DNA from: Acinetobacter phage Mokit
Direction: 5' to 3' (one strand)
Sequence record: MW388002.1
Length of the DNA stretch: 64,000 nucleotides
The position numbers were made by a program, and so were the translations under genes. This document shows positions 1-9,376 of the stretch, piece by piece. Below the pieces are notes generated by a model. That model saw only the letters and a program-made list of their open reading frames with translations. It ran no database searches and was not told the origin of the DNA. Numbering within the stretch: position 1 is the first letter of the stretch; each line of letters begins with the position of its first letter.

Positions 1-95
1 AATTCATACAACCACCATACATAAAGTATGACGATTGCAAGAATTAATGTTATTGCGACTACTGCTGATACCACTATGAATGATACCGGCATCAT
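1..95 (-). CDS. partial CDS (N-terminus only; continues beyond window) immediately downstream of rIIA; hydrophobic N-terminus MMPVSFIVVSAVVAITLILAIV...
   Basis: ATG at 95..93 is 1 nt after the rIIA stop and preceded by AGGAGT; reading frame open to window edge; TM-like sequence, not recognisably rIIB. Confidence 0.4.
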   Translation of the reverse strand, partial: MMPVSFIVVSAVVAITLILAIVILYVWWLYE

Positions 96-96
96 G

Positions 97-2304
97 TTAT
101 ACTCCTAATGTTTTGATGATGTCATCTGCGATATCATTGCCAATGCCATATGAAGTTTTCAAAATATAACTGACCATTGGGTGTTTCTTAACAAGGTCTT
201 CTCTAAATTTCTCAAATAATTTTTTTGCTGCATCCATGTTATTGTGGTATAAGATAAGAGCTTTGATAAATTCACTTTGTGCCAGAGTTTCATAATTAAC
301 ACGAATATTCCGTGCAAGCCGAATAGTATTGTTGAATTCAACGAATTCTGGAGTATATGCACCTCCTATAGACCCATAAATCTTATGTAGCTTTTTGTTA
401 CTAAGTAGGTTATCATGAATCTTGACACCTGTAGAAACATAGCAGTATTCATCTACATTAAAATTATCGACCAATTTTGTGACATTAGCAAAAATAAATT
501 CAATCATGCATCTTAAATTTTTATTTGCCAAGACTCGTTTATAGATTGCAGGGCGAACAATATAATACTCACTTACTGCAAAAGTTTTTGCTAGTGTTTT
601 GATTCGGTGAAGATCCACGCCATCTACAAACTTAAATTCTGCACTCAACGATGTAGGATCGTTGTTATAACTACCTATGCACAGTCCGGATAGTTCAGCA
701 ATTTCAGTAGAGGTCAAGTACAAATCTTCGGTCTTATAGCATTTAGTGGCGTGGTCAAATTTAACAAGTGACGCATTCGGCGAAGCTGGACGTTTTTCTC
801 GTGGCGTCTTAGGTCTGCTGGCTTGAGCCTTTTCTTCTAATTCTTTACGAATAGGCTCAAGTTCAGAAGTAGTCAAGACCTGCACAGTATCGCCTTCATA
901 GATGTCTTTAAATACATCGATAAGCTCTATTTCGCCTGGAATATCCTTACGAACTACAATAATTTCAGTGGATGTTTTAGGATATTTTGCATTAGACGAC
1001 ATTGCAATGGCTCTAATAGTATCCTTAAGTTTCTTAATGGTAAGCCCTTCATCTACTAGAAAAGTTATTTCTGGGCGGGAATATTCGACCAATTCAGAAA
1101 GACGGACTTCTGATACTTTGAAACGACGCCAAACAGAAATATTGTCAACGACTTTTTTAATTTTTGGCGTATATGGGTCTATTGTGTATACTCGTGCACG
1201 GCTTAACATGTTTGTTAATTTTAATGAATTTACCACTTTTACTGAAGAGTAAAGTTTATCGGTGTCCATACCATCTAAAAATTCAATTTTGTCACGTTCA
1301 ATCGCCTGGAACTTTGCTGCTGGTAGCTTATTTAATGCGCGGAGTAATGGGCGGACGTATTGAATTTTTCGTAAATCATTTAGGTCTTTTTCCATTAAAT
1401 CGCTATTAAGCTTATTAACTTTTGCACAAATATTTTTGACAGTGAACTCATCCATCTGCAATTGTTCACGTGAAGGTTGTGGCATCAATTCATTAATGTC
1501 AAAATGTACATAAACAACAGATGCAGTAGCGCGAAGCCATGAGCATTTCATGCCAGGCGTGCCGTCTAGTGGATAAACGATATTGCCACAAATCGCATAT
1601 ACACCTGGCGGATTTGTGTATTGATTTGATGAAGTCAGAAACATTTCAGGGTATTGTGTATATGTTTCATAGTCACACAAATGTTTAATATCTAATGAAG
1701 TGCCTCGAATTTCAAATGTCACTGGATCAAATGGCGTCAATATGTATCGAAGTTCAATCTGCCAAATGCCAATATCGTCTAATTTAACTGGAACCGTGAC
1801 TTCAATACCATTTCGATCGCCATCTTCAAATGGGCCTTCGAAAACTTTCATTAGTTGAGGCTCGCCATTCGATAGGGCCGCCGTATAAATTCGAACTATT
1901 CCTTCATGATATGATGTTACATTAAATGTGTCTGTATAGGAGAATGGAGACTTAGCACCTAAACCGAACCCGCCAATCTGATTACCATCTTCAGTTTTGA
2001 GAGACTTAAAGTATTGGGTATAAATTGTAATCATGTCATCATGACTTAGCCCAGGACCAAAATCTCGTACCACAAATCTTGGATCAAGTTCAGTTGGAGC
2101 TTTAATGATGAATTTTTCAGACGAATTGATTAAGCGATGCGCATCTAATGCGTTGCAAATTACTTCACGAACTACTGCACGAATTTTATTTTTATAAATG
2201 CCACTTGACAAAATTTGAAAGGCTTTTGCCGATGTGCTAATAGTAAATGTGTGTGCATCAGAGCTATTACCAAGAATTGTTTCACGTTGTTCATTGAATT
2301 TCAT
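97..2304 (-). CDS. rIIA: rIIA membrane-associated protein (GHKL/HATPase-like N-terminal domain)
   Basis: 735 aa; N-terminus (KETILGN..., IRAVVRE, DFGPG, GGFGLG(A/S)KSPFSYTDTF) aligns with T4 rIIA; ATG start verified. Confidence 0.85.
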   Translation of the reverse strand: MKFNEQRETILGNSSDAHTFTISTSAKAFQILSSGIYKNKIRAVVREVICNALDAHRLINSSEKFIIKAPTELDPRFVVRDFGPGLSHDDMITIYTQYFKSLKTEDGNQIGGFGLGAKSPFSYTDTFNVTSYHEGIVRIYTAALSNGEPQLMKVFEGPFEDGDRNGIEVTVPVKLDDIGIWQIELRYILTPFDPVTFEIRGTSLDIKHLCDYETYTQYPEMFLTSSNQYTNPPGVYAICGNIVYPLDGTPGMKCSWLRATASVVYVHFDINELMPQPSREQLQMDEFTVKNICAKVNKLNSDLMEKDLNDLRKIQYVRPLLRALNKLPAAKFQAIERDKIEFLDGMDTDKLYSSVKVVNSLKLTNMLSRARVYTIDPYTPKIKKVVDNISVWRRFKVSEVRLSELVEYSRPEITFLVDEGLTIKKLKDTIRAIAMSSNAKYPKTSTEIIVVRKDIPGEIELIDVFKDIYEGDTVQVLTTSELEPIRKELEEKAQASRPKTPREKRPASPNASLVKFDHATKCYKTEDLYLTSTEIAELSGLCIGSYNNDPTSLSAEFKFVDGVDLHRIKTLAKTFAVSEYYIVRPAIYKRVLANKNLRCMIEFIFANVTKLVDNFNVDEYCYVSTGVKIHDNLLSNKKLHKIYGSIGGAYTPEFVEFNNTIRLARNIRVNYETLAQSEFIKALILYHNNMDAAKKLFEKFREDLVKKHPMVSYILKTSYGIGNDIADDIIKTLGV

Positions 2305-2323
2305 TTCAGTTTTCGCCTATAAA

Positions 2324-2524
2324 TTAAAGTACATGTTCATATTGTTTCAATAATTCGACTGAACGACGAATATCTTCATCCGTGTGAACTTCTGCATCAA
2401 TGCGTGCAGCCATTTCTAAATTTAAATTGCGATCAATTGCAGCTTGATGCTCATCAAAGAATCGTTCTTGCGCATGATGATGATGATCAATTGCAGTACG
2501 TAATTTAATAATATCGATTTTCAT
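2324..2524 (-). CDS. small hypothetical protein (position of rIIA.1)
   Basis: 66 aa ORF directly upstream of rIIA; PeSL-type early promoter at ~2548-2591. Confidence 0.55.
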   Translation of the reverse strand: MKIDIIKLRTAIDHHHHAQERFFDEHQAAIDRNLNLEMAARIDAEVHTDEDIRRSVELLKQYEHVL

Positions 2525-2547
2525 TTCAATTTCCTCATGATATTTGA

Positions 2548-2591
2548 TTTGATATGACTATTATACCAACAAATTATAGCAAAGTAAACAG
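2548..2591 (-). promoter_or_regulatory. T4-type early promoter (-35 GTTTAC, -10 TATAAT) in an imperfect stem-loop (PeSL-like)
   Basis: minus strand cTGTTTACtttgctataatttgttggTATAATagtcatatcaaa upstream of 2324..2524. Confidence 0.5.
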
Positions 2592-2615
2592 TTTATTCAA
2601 AAAGTTTAGATAAAA

Positions 2616-2741
2616 TTAAAGGACCCGTAGGTCCTTTTTAAATTTATCTTTTCTATCATACTTAGTGCGATCTTTAACAACTTGCATTTTAAATGCAGGT
2701 GTTCTAACAGCTTTAGCTATTGGATTTCGTTTGCTTTTCAT
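2616..2741 (-). CDS. possible small basic protein (41 aa, MKSKRNPIAKAVRTPAFKMQ...) not in ORF track
   Basis: ATG at 2741 preceded by AGAAGAGGTCAAAA; ends inside the GC hairpin at ~2621-2642; overlaps 3' end of the neighbouring gene. Confidence 0.3.
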   Translation of the reverse strand: MKSKRNPIAKAVRTPAFKMQVVKDRTKYDRKDKFKKDLRVL

Positions 2742-3090
2742 TTTTGACCTCTTCTAAAGTAGTTCTTGCTAGTTTTAACCATATATCGCGAGAGATAATG
2801 TCGCCAATTGCATCGGTGAAAAGGCGAATGACCTTCCAAGTTCGGCCAACATAATTTGTTTCTGCTCCACCGCAAAATAATTTCCAGATTTCATCAGATT
2901 TCTTTATGCCAAATAATTTTCTAATAGTCGCAGATTCATTTATATCGCCCCAGGTATCTTTAGACCATCCTACAGTTTTGCCAATCACACATGTTTTGTA
3001 TAAATCCATACGGAACACGGTATCTTGTGGCATCACTTCCACTTGTGCGATCATATTTTCTAGTCCAGTTACAAGATTAAATTTACTCAT
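2713..3090 (-). CDS. hypothetical protein (125 aa from internal ATG)
   Basis: Track start at 3156 lies inside the promoter/terminator hairpin gggactgtatgtaaacagtccc; first ATG downstream of the predicted transcription start site is at 3090 (M23). Confidence 0.45.
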   Translation of the reverse strand: MSKFNLVTGLENMIAQVEVMPQDTVFRMDLYKTCVIGKTVGWSKDTWGDINESATIRKLFGIKKSDEIWKLFCGGAETNYVGRTWKVIRLFTDAIGDIISRDIWLKLARTTLEEVKNEKQTKSNS

Positions 3091-3162
3091 TTCAATGTAC
3101 TCATTAGTTGATAAAACTATAATATACCAAATGGGACTGTATGTAAACAGTCCCATTTTATT

Positions 3163-3990
3163 TTATTTACGTCTTGCTGTAATACCACCTTGGTTTACGC
3201 TAATTTTGAGATCATCAATTTCATAATAAGACGTACTAGTATTACCTCGAACAAAATGGCCGCCTGCATCTTCGATTTCTGCCTTGAGGCGATTTCGTAA
3301 CATAAAGTCATTACTATCATATCGTAATGATGCTATGTCACCTACACTAGATACAGTGCCTTTACCACCAGAACTTTTGAGAATATTATTTAAGAAATAT
3401 TCTAATTCATTCTTTTGCGATTTAGACTGCTTAGGTGCCTTAGGTGTCGGCACATCTGCCTTTTTAGCTTCCTTTGCGGCAGCAGTTTCCTTTTCTAGAC
3501 GAGCACGAATTTTATCAGACAAGATTTGTTTAGACGATTCATGTGTATAGTTCCACTCATCAATAAACTCCTGGGTTTTAACAGCATCTTTAACAAGTTT
3601 AATCACTAATTTTTCTAAAGCGACCCACGCTGCTTCAGTTTCTTCTGCCTTTGCAACATCTTTGTCAAAAACCGGATACTGATGTTCATCTTTGCATATC
3701 CAAAGTTTAGCACGTTTTAAAGCTGCCTCTGGATTAATTTTATGCGAAGTACCAAAGGATCCGCCAGATAGTTTAATTGCTAATGTATCAGGACGTCTTA
3801 ATTTGTCGTTTTTTGAATTTTTTTCTCCGCCTGGCCAAAAAGTGGCCTTTAATGTTTCGCCGTTGATAATTACATAGGCGCCAATAGATCCAATTGGTGA
3901 TTTATCTTTAATTGGGCCGCCTTCTTTAACTGTAGCACGTGTCTTAAATTTAGGTTTGGCAACAGCTTCGTATAATGTACTAAATTTCAT
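3163..3990 (-). CDS. hypothetical protein, 275 aa, Lys/Ala-rich C-terminal half
   Basis: ORF with GGAGAATATT RBS and ATG; no recognisable family. Confidence 0.55.
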   Translation of the reverse strand: MKFSTLYEAVAKPKFKTRATVKEGGPIKDKSPIGSIGAYVIINGETLKATFWPGGEKNSKNDKLRRPDTLAIKLSGGSFGTSHKINPEAALKRAKLWICKDEHQYPVFDKDVAKAEETEAAWVALEKLVIKLVKDAVKTQEFIDEWNYTHESSKQILSDKIRARLEKETAAAKEAKKADVPTPKAPKQSKSQKNELEYFLNNILKSSGGKGTVSSVGDIASLRYDSNDFMLRNRLKAEIEDAGGHFVRGNTSTSYYEIDDLKISVNQGGITARRK

Positions 3991-3994
3991 AATA

Positions 3995-4055
3995 TTCTCC
4001 AGATGATTATGTATTTATACCAAAATGCCCAGATAATGTAAACTATCTGGGCTAA
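3995..4055 (-). promoter_or_regulatory. hairpin (4027-4052, -35 GTTTACA in loop) acting as Rnl2 3' stem-loop plus promoter for the downstream gene
   Basis: gcccagatag-tttacat-tatctgggc then TATAAATA-like -10 and GGAGAATATT RBS. Confidence 0.45.
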
Positions 4056-4060
4056 TTGTT

Positions 4061-5083
4061 TTATTCTACATTTACAACCGGAAAGTCATATGATGTCCAG
4101 AACTCTCGAACATCAACTTGAACAATTTTCTGCAATTCATTTTTAACTTTAGCTGGCGCTTCGGCAGATTTAGGGCTAATGCCTTCACGTTCGGCTTCAG
4201 TCAATAAATCATGCATTGTCATACCTAAAAGTTTACCAAACATTTTAGGAGTCAGTTCACCGATATGAGATGCTACATTTGAAATCCGAGCAATAGTCGA
4301 GAACTCTGATAATTTGTTTAATAACTCTTTATCGGCATCACTCAATGGCACAGGAATTTTAGGAGCTTTGCCTTTACCTTTTTCTTTAAATTTATCTGTC
4401 TTATATTTAATCGCAAGACGAGAACCATTAGGCAAGAACATAGGGCTATTAGGCTTAATTACTAGTCCTTCTGCAACATTATCTTTAGGAGCAGGTTGTG
4501 CATGGACACTATACATATTTTCCCAAGTCAACGATGGGACAATAGAATCAAATTCTACTGGCAATTTAAGCAGTTGCTCAAGTGTTCCACGGGCAACTAG
4601 GGGAGCGATTTTTAAACCTCGATAATCACAAAATGCTTGAACACTATCATCTGACCACCAACCATAAGAGAATCCAGAATCTGGAGCATCCATGAAGATG
4701 TCAAATACATAAAATGATTTAGGACCATAATCAACTTCTTTCTGGATTCCACTACCTGCATATTCACCAAAAATTTGAATTGATTTAAATGAAGGCACAT
4801 TTTTAACAAGATCTTGTTGAATTTCTTTAAAGATGTCATCCAACTCAGCCATTAGGTCTTCATATCCAAAGAATTTTTCAGTAATTGCAATAGGACCTGA
4901 ACGTTTTGCAGCTTGAATCGAATCAGGTGTGATAATTACTGAGAAGTTTGTGCCATGAATTTTTTCTCGAGCAACAAATTCCGTGTTGACGGTTCCTTCG
5001 CCATTTGCTACAGCTTCAAAACATTTCTGAATGAACTTATCGTTGGTGTGATTTTCAAGGCTAGAATATTTAATGAATGACAT
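4061..5083 (-). CDS. rnlB: RNA ligase 2 (Rnl2 family, T4 gp24.1-like)
   Basis: MSFIKYSSLENH...VAREKIHGTNFS (KxHG(T)N adenylylation motif), GEYAGSGIQK, YVFDI match T4 Rnl2. ORF-track M1 is a TTG; the ATG at 5083 has a GGAGAAATAT RBS. Confidence 0.8.
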   Translation of the reverse strand: MSFIKYSSLENHTNDKFIQKCFEAVANGEGTVNTEFVAREKIHGTNFSVIITPDSIQAAKRSGPIAITEKFFGYEDLMAELDDIFKEIQQDLVKNVPSFKSIQIFGEYAGSGIQKEVDYGPKSFYVFDIFMDAPDSGFSYGWWSDDSVQAFCDYRGLKIAPLVARGTLEQLLKLPVEFDSIVPSLTWENMYSVHAQPAPKDNVAEGLVIKPNSPMFLPNGSRLAIKYKTDKFKEKGKGKAPKIPVPLSDADKELLNKLSEFSTIARISNVASHIGELTPKMFGKLLGMTMHDLLTEAEREGISPKSAEAPAKVKNELQKIVQVDVREFWTSYDFPVVNVE

Positions 5084-5107
5084 ATATTTCTCCAATTAAT
5101 TTTGGGA

Positions 5108-5302
5108 TTAAAGAATTGTGATGGTGCGAGTAATTAAAATAGGGCCTACCTTTTTCGGGCAAAGGAGCTCTGAATTTGTTAACTTGTCAATGTAGAATGA
5201 TTTAATTTGTTCTGACTCAATTTCAATATCGACCGTTTCTTGGTGTACTGCAATGTGTCCTGATTCCATGTTTGTTGCTACAACTTCAACCAAGATTTTC
5301 AT
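5108..5302 (-). CDS. small hypothetical protein (64 aa)
   Basis: ORF between Rnl2 and the upstream gene, stop/start overlap typical of operon packing. Confidence 0.4.
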   Translation of the reverse strand: MKILVEVVATNMESGHIAVHQETVDIEIESEQIKSFYIDKLTNSELLCPKKVGPILITRTITIL

Positions 5303-5658
5303 TCTACCACTCCATAAATTGCAGATGTTGCACCATCAGTGTATGTATATAAAATAACTCGAATACCTCGAAGGAGGTTATTTTCAAGAGTGCTAAGATT
5401 TGCATCAGAGATATATGCATGTTTAAAGATGCCTTCATCTGATGCTTGATCGATTTCGCAAACTTTAAGAGGATTTTTTGCATACTTCTTAATAGATTGC
5501 TCATCATAATCTAAATCAAGATTTAGCAACTCGTTATATGTAGGGAAGCGTTTACGTGCTTCGATGATTAGTTTACGTTCATTAGGTGTCTTAGACAAAT
5601 TTGCGGCATCGTTAAAGACTTTGACTAAATTGTTGTAAATCGTTGCAGTGAGTTTCAT
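5299..5658 (-). CDS. hypothetical protein (119 aa from internal ATG)
   Basis: Track ORF overlaps gene 39 by 56 nt; internal ATG at 5658 follows GGAGAAAGAA RBS just after the gp39 stop. Confidence 0.5.
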   Translation of the reverse strand: MKLTATIYNNLVKVFNDAANLSKTPNERKLIIEARKRFPTYNELLNLDLDYDEQSIKKYAKNPLKVCEIDQASDEGIFKHAYISDANLSTLENNLLRGIRVILYTYTDGATSAIYGVVE

Positions 5659-5680
5659 TTCTTTCTCCAAAGGAGTCAGC

Positions 5681-7501
5681 TTACGCTGACATCCAGTTTT
5701 TACGAAGTTGTGCATCGTTACCCATGAGCATTTCAAATTGTTCTTTCCAATTTTCAGGAAGTTTCACTACATCAAAATGAGGATCATTGATTACACGTTC
5801 ATACTCATCCATTTCTAGAGAGCCTAATCCTTTGATGTATCGGAAGCCATAGCCTTTAAGGTTCGGCTTATCTGCTTCATACTCATCAATTGTATAGTAC
5901 CATTTTTGGTCTTTGCCTTTCTGACAAATTGCAACTGGAGTTTTGACAAACTTGATTCGTCCTTGTTCAAAAAGTTCAGGCCAATTACTAAAGAATGCTA
6001 ATAACGACGGATAGATCGAGCCGGTACCATCGACATCGGCATCTGTCATAATTGCAATATTTCGATAATTTAGATTTTCTGCAGGTTCACCAATAGTTAA
6101 TCCAGTGATTGCACAAATATCGAAAATTTCTTTGTTCTTGAGCATTTCTGCAGGTGTCATACCCCATGTATTCATTACTTTACCACGTAATGGATAACCA
6201 CCATGAAGTTCACGATCACGTGTAGAAATTAAGTAACCGATCGCAGAATCACCTTCTGTTAAAAACAAAGTTGTTTCTTTTTGCTCGTTACCGTAGGCGT
6301 TAGCCTTGATGTGTTTTGCAACTTTTGCACGAGCAGCCTTTTTATTAGCTCGAGTATTAGCAGCTTTTTCTGCAGCTAATAGCTTTGCAAGAACAGCCTC
6401 AATGATAGGCATTAAAACAACTTCGTTTGCAATAAACATTCGAGCTAATTTTTTGATATCGATATCGATATGTGCTTTAACTTCGCCCCATGGAGATGTT
6501 AATCGTTCTTTAGTTTGAGAATCAAAACGCATATTAGACATGTTCTTAATGAATAATAACATAGTCAAGCATTCTTTGATTCGTGCTTTATTAACTTCAA
6601 CCTTATGACGTCGTTTAATTTGTGGAATCAATTCATTTGATAACTCATCAATAACATAATCAATATGAGATCCACCGACCTTTGTATGAATTGCATTTAC
6701 AAATGACAAGTGTCTAAAGCCATCATCTGATCGTCCAATAGCCAATTGGACATTATCAGTTTCCATGATAATTGCACTTTCATCATACATTTTTGCATAT
6801 TTTTTGAAGTTACCAATAACTCGTGCACTATTAAATTTGAACTGAATTTCAGGATAAATAACGGCTAAAATTTGTAATCGATCTTCAACAATATTGTTGA
6901 TAGTTTCATCAATACCATCACAATCAAGTAAACTGAAATCAGGCACAAATGTTACTGCAGTGCCTTGTTTACCGCCACGTTTTACTTTCCAATCAATGCT
7001 TTCCATGTTGTCTTTACATGAAACTTTGATTGTATTTGTGCCATCGCATGTTTCACCAACAAATTCCTTTGAGAAAATATTTGTAAGTGAAGACCCAACA
7101 CCATTCATGCCTGCAGTTTTACGTTCAGCATCTTCGCCAAAGTTACCACCGGCTTTAGTTCTTGTCCAACATGCTACCGGGCCAGGCAATTCTGTTCCTT
7201 CTGGAGTAATGACCATGCCTTGTGGAATACCACGACCATTATCTTTGACTGAAATTGTATTGCCATCAATATTGACTTCGATTTTATTTGCAAATTCAAA
7301 ATTAGTTCTAATAGCTTCATCCAATGAGTTATCAATAATCTCATCAATAATTTTAACAAGACCTGGCACATATTTTACTGTTTGAAACTTACCAAACAGA
7401 AATCGTTCATGTGGTTCATTTGTAACTGAACCAACGTACATGCCAGGACGCTTTAATACATGTTCACGGTCAGATAACATTTTAATTTCAGTGTTGCTCA
7501 T
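5681..7501 (-). CDS. 39: DNA topoisomerase II large subunit (gp39; contiguous 39+60-type, 606 aa)
   Basis: MSNTEIKMLSDREHVLKRPGMYVGS..., GHKL ATPase motifs; 606 aa length suggests an unsplit 39 (as in T2-type phages) rather than T4 39 + 60. Confidence 0.85.
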   Translation of the reverse strand: MSNTEIKMLSDREHVLKRPGMYVGSVTNEPHERFLFGKFQTVKYVPGLVKIIDEIIDNSLDEAIRTNFEFANKIEVNIDGNTISVKDNGRGIPQGMVITPEGTELPGPVACWTRTKAGGNFGEDAERKTAGMNGVGSSLTNIFSKEFVGETCDGTNTIKVSCKDNMESIDWKVKRGGKQGTAVTFVPDFSLLDCDGIDETINNIVEDRLQILAVIYPEIQFKFNSARVIGNFKKYAKMYDESAIIMETDNVQLAIGRSDDGFRHLSFVNAIHTKVGGSHIDYVIDELSNELIPQIKRRHKVEVNKARIKECLTMLLFIKNMSNMRFDSQTKERLTSPWGEVKAHIDIDIKKLARMFIANEVVLMPIIEAVLAKLLAAEKAANTRANKKAARAKVAKHIKANAYGNEQKETTLFLTEGDSAIGYLISTRDRELHGGYPLRGKVMNTWGMTPAEMLKNKEIFDICAITGLTIGEPAENLNYRNIAIMTDADVDGTGSIYPSLLAFFSNWPELFEQGRIKFVKTPVAICQKGKDQKWYYTIDEYEADKPNLKGYGFRYIKGLGSLEMDEYERVINDPHFDVVKLPENWKEQFEMLMGNDAQLRKNWMSA

Positions 7502-7555
7502 TACTACTCCAAATAATTAGGATATGAGAAATTATAAAACAATTCTCAAAAAGCA

Positions 7556-7590
7556 AAAGGAGCCATGGCTCCTTTTAATTATTGTTCAAA
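7556..7590 (-). terminator. intrinsic terminator after the lysozyme gene
   Basis: minus strand AAAGGAGCC-AT-GGCTCCTTT followed by TGCTTTTTGAG. Confidence 0.55.
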
Positions 7591-8142
7591 ATACGCTTTC
7601 TCTTTCTTGCGGCGATTAGTGAGCCCAGGAATAACTTCCAATTTACCTTTGACTCGTCCTTTGTTCCACACTAAAAACTGTGCAGCAGTGCCAGCATAAT
7701 CTTTAGAATTCAATTTCTTCAATAATGTAGAGCCGGCAAATGCACCTTCGCCAATATTGTATACTAATGATACAAGTGCATCAAACTGAGTTTGTTTGAG
7801 TGGTACAGTTACAAGTTTATTGACCGCCTTAACAAATTTTTGAAGATCATGTTTCATATATGACTTTGCCTGTTCTTCTGTGCAAACATCTCCAGCCTTA
7901 ACTGCAACACCATTAGGGTATCTAATTGTGCCATAGCCAATAGTCCAGATGCCTACACTATCTTGATAAGCTCTAGTTCTCAAGCCTTCAAATTGGCGAA
8001 TCAAATCTACACCAAGATCAGAAATATCTACATCATCTGGTACTAGGCGATTAACAACTTTGTTTAATTCATCAACTTGTGCTTGGGTGAGTCTGCCGCC
8101 CGCAAGTTCACGAGCAGCATCAAAAAATGGTTTAACGTCCAT
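7579..8142 (-). CDS. lysozyme, glycoside hydrolase family 24 (T4 e-like catalytic core with ~45-aa N-terminal extension)
   Basis: LIRQFEGLRTRAYQDSVGIWTIGYGT matches the T4 lysozyme [21 protein letters not shown] catalytic region; ATG start, RBS AAGAGAAAG. Confidence 0.75.
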   Translation of the reverse strand: MDVKPFFDAARELAGGRLTQAQVDELNKVVNRLVPDDVDISDLGVDLIRQFEGLRTRAYQDSVGIWTIGYGTIRYPNGVAVKAGDVCTEEQAKSYMKHDLQKFVKAVNKLVTVPLKQTQFDALVSLVYNIGEGAFAGSTLLKKLNSKDYAGTAAQFLVWNKGRVKGKLEVIPGLTNRRKKEKAYFEQ

Positions 8143-8175
8143 AATACTTTCTCTTTAAAGAAAGTATTTATAGCT

Positions 8176-8667
8176 TTATGCACAGATACGTGGATGCATT
8201 CCTATGGTGGCACTATAAGTTGGCAGTGGCAGATTATAATCATGTGGTTGAGTGGCCTTTATCGCATGATTCTTTTCATTTGTTATATGTGGACGCAGAT
8301 GATCCCATGATGTAGGTGGATCACCAATCATGAGCGTGCCTTTACGTGGAAACTGAATAATATTATCTACAACTTCTGTCTTTGCAGGTTTAACAGGCGG
8401 AATAATTGCAGATTCAACAGCTACAGGTTCTAATGGCACAAAGTATTTCAAGCAAGATGAATGAATATAGTACGGCTCGGTGGTCTGTCCAACTCGAATA
8501 GTTAGTGCATTACCTGTCTCTGAAACATCTAAGACTTTCATTACACCGCCTTCATCGTTAATCCAATTTGCCAATGGTTCATAATGCAAAGTTGAATCAA
8601 TGTCTTCCATACGAAGACCTGCTGCATTAATTAAACGATAATACACGTTCTTTTCGAAACCTTTCAT
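8176..8667 (-). CDS. hypothetical protein (163 aa)
   Basis: ORF in the minus-strand gene series; no family recognised. Confidence 0.5.
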   Translation of the reverse strand: MKGFEKNVYYRLINAAGLRMEDIDSTLHYEPLANWINDEGGVMKVLDVSETGNALTIRVGQTTEPYYIHSSCLKYFVPLEPVAVESAIIPPVKPAKTEVVDNIIQFPRKGTLMIGDPPTSWDHLRPHITNEKNHAIKATQPHDYNLPLPTYSATIGMHPRICA

Positions 8668-8671
8668 TTTT

Positions 8672-8914
8672 TTATACCTCTTTGTAAATTCGAGTACCTT
8701 CAGAAGTAACTTCCATTACCGCAACATAATCGATTTCATTGTCTTTGATAACGAAAAGAACCACATTAGTTTCAATATGATTGTGAAAATGCTTTTCAAC
8801 TACAGTCAATTCAGGATTTGTGAGGATTGCGTCAAACTCTGCACGAGAGATTGCAGTTGTGTTTGTAGGTTTAGGCATTTTGTTGATTTTTGCGATAAGA
8901 GCTTTGTTTGACAT
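8672..8914 (-). CDS. hypothetical protein (80 aa)
   Basis: ATG start; shares an identical 51-bp promoter/leader/ATG cassette with the next gene. Confidence 0.5.
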   Translation of the reverse strand: MSNKALIAKINKMPKPTNTTAISRAEFDAILTNPELTVVEKHFHNHIETNVVLFVIKDNEIDYVAVMEVTSEGTRIYKEV

Positions 8915-8962
8915 GATAATTTCCTCAATTTGATTAATGATTTGATATGACTATTATAACAA
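8912..8962 (-). repeat. 51-bp direct repeat copy A (promoter -10 / leader / RBS / ATG cassette)
   Basis: catgataatttcctcaatttgattaatgatttgatatgactattataacaa identical to 9289-9339. Confidence 0.7.
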
Positions 8963-8987
8963 AACTATTTAGCAATGTAAATAGTTT
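8941..8987 (-). promoter_or_regulatory. PeSL-type early promoter
   Basis: tttgatatgactattataacaaaactatttagcaatgtaaatag; minus strand gives GTTTAC -35 and TATAAT -10. Confidence 0.5.
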
Positions 8988-8994
8988 TTGAAAA

Positions 8995-9291
8995 TTATTT
9001 TGCTTTACGCGTACGACGTTTGCGTTCAGGTTTAGGAGCTTCTAAAATATCATGTGATAGAGCAAGCCAAGTACTAACAGTTTTTGTAATATCTTGTTGA
9101 TAGATATCGCCATCCATATCACGAGTGAAGATTACCATTTCAGATTCGGTATTGATAGTAACCGATACTTTGGCATTGCGTTGAGCTTCAGGTAAGCAAA
9201 GTACTTTGCAATCTAATTCTTGGAAGAAGTTTGCAACATTTTGAGCTTTTTCTGCAGTATCGATTAAGCTTGCAATTTTAGCGAATTCCAT
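8995..9291 (-). CDS. hypothetical protein (98 aa)
   Basis: ATG start; identical 51-bp leader cassette as 8672..8914. Confidence 0.5.
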   Translation of the reverse strand: MEFAKIASLIDTAEKAQNVANFFQELDCKVLCLPEAQRNAKVSVTINTESEMVIFTRDMDGDIYQQDITKTVSTWLALSHDILEAPKPERKRRTRKAK

Positions 9292-9339
9292 GATAATTTC
9301 CTCAATTTGATTAATGATTTGATATGACTATTATAACAA
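9289..9339 (-). repeat. 51-bp direct repeat copy B
   Basis: identical to 8912-8962; flanks diverge immediately on both sides. Confidence 0.7.
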
Positions 9340-9368
9340 CAAATGGCCTAGATGTAAACATCTAGGCC
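9318..9368 (-). promoter_or_regulatory. early promoter with -35 inside hairpin ggcctagatgtaaacatctaggcc
   Basis: palindrome around GTTTACA plus TATAAT 17 nt downstream on the minus strand. Confidence 0.5.
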
Positions 9369-9376
9369 AAAAAAAA

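Noticed and set aside
902-1409. Plus-strand ORFs (902..1252, 1164..1409) and all other plus-strand ORFs in the track (e.g. 6306..6518, 6894..7385, 38299..38733, 43122..43472)
   Set aside because: They are antisense to long minus-strand genes with strong homologue support (rIIA, gp39, the modification cluster). They lack RBS and promoter context, and the whole region is transcribed from the minus strand.
3091-3156. 5' extension of ORF 2713..3156 (MGLFTYSPIW…)
   Set aside because: The extension is encoded by the hairpin gggactgtatgtaaacagtccc, which contains the -35 of the promoter. Its start lies upstream of the predicted transcription start site.
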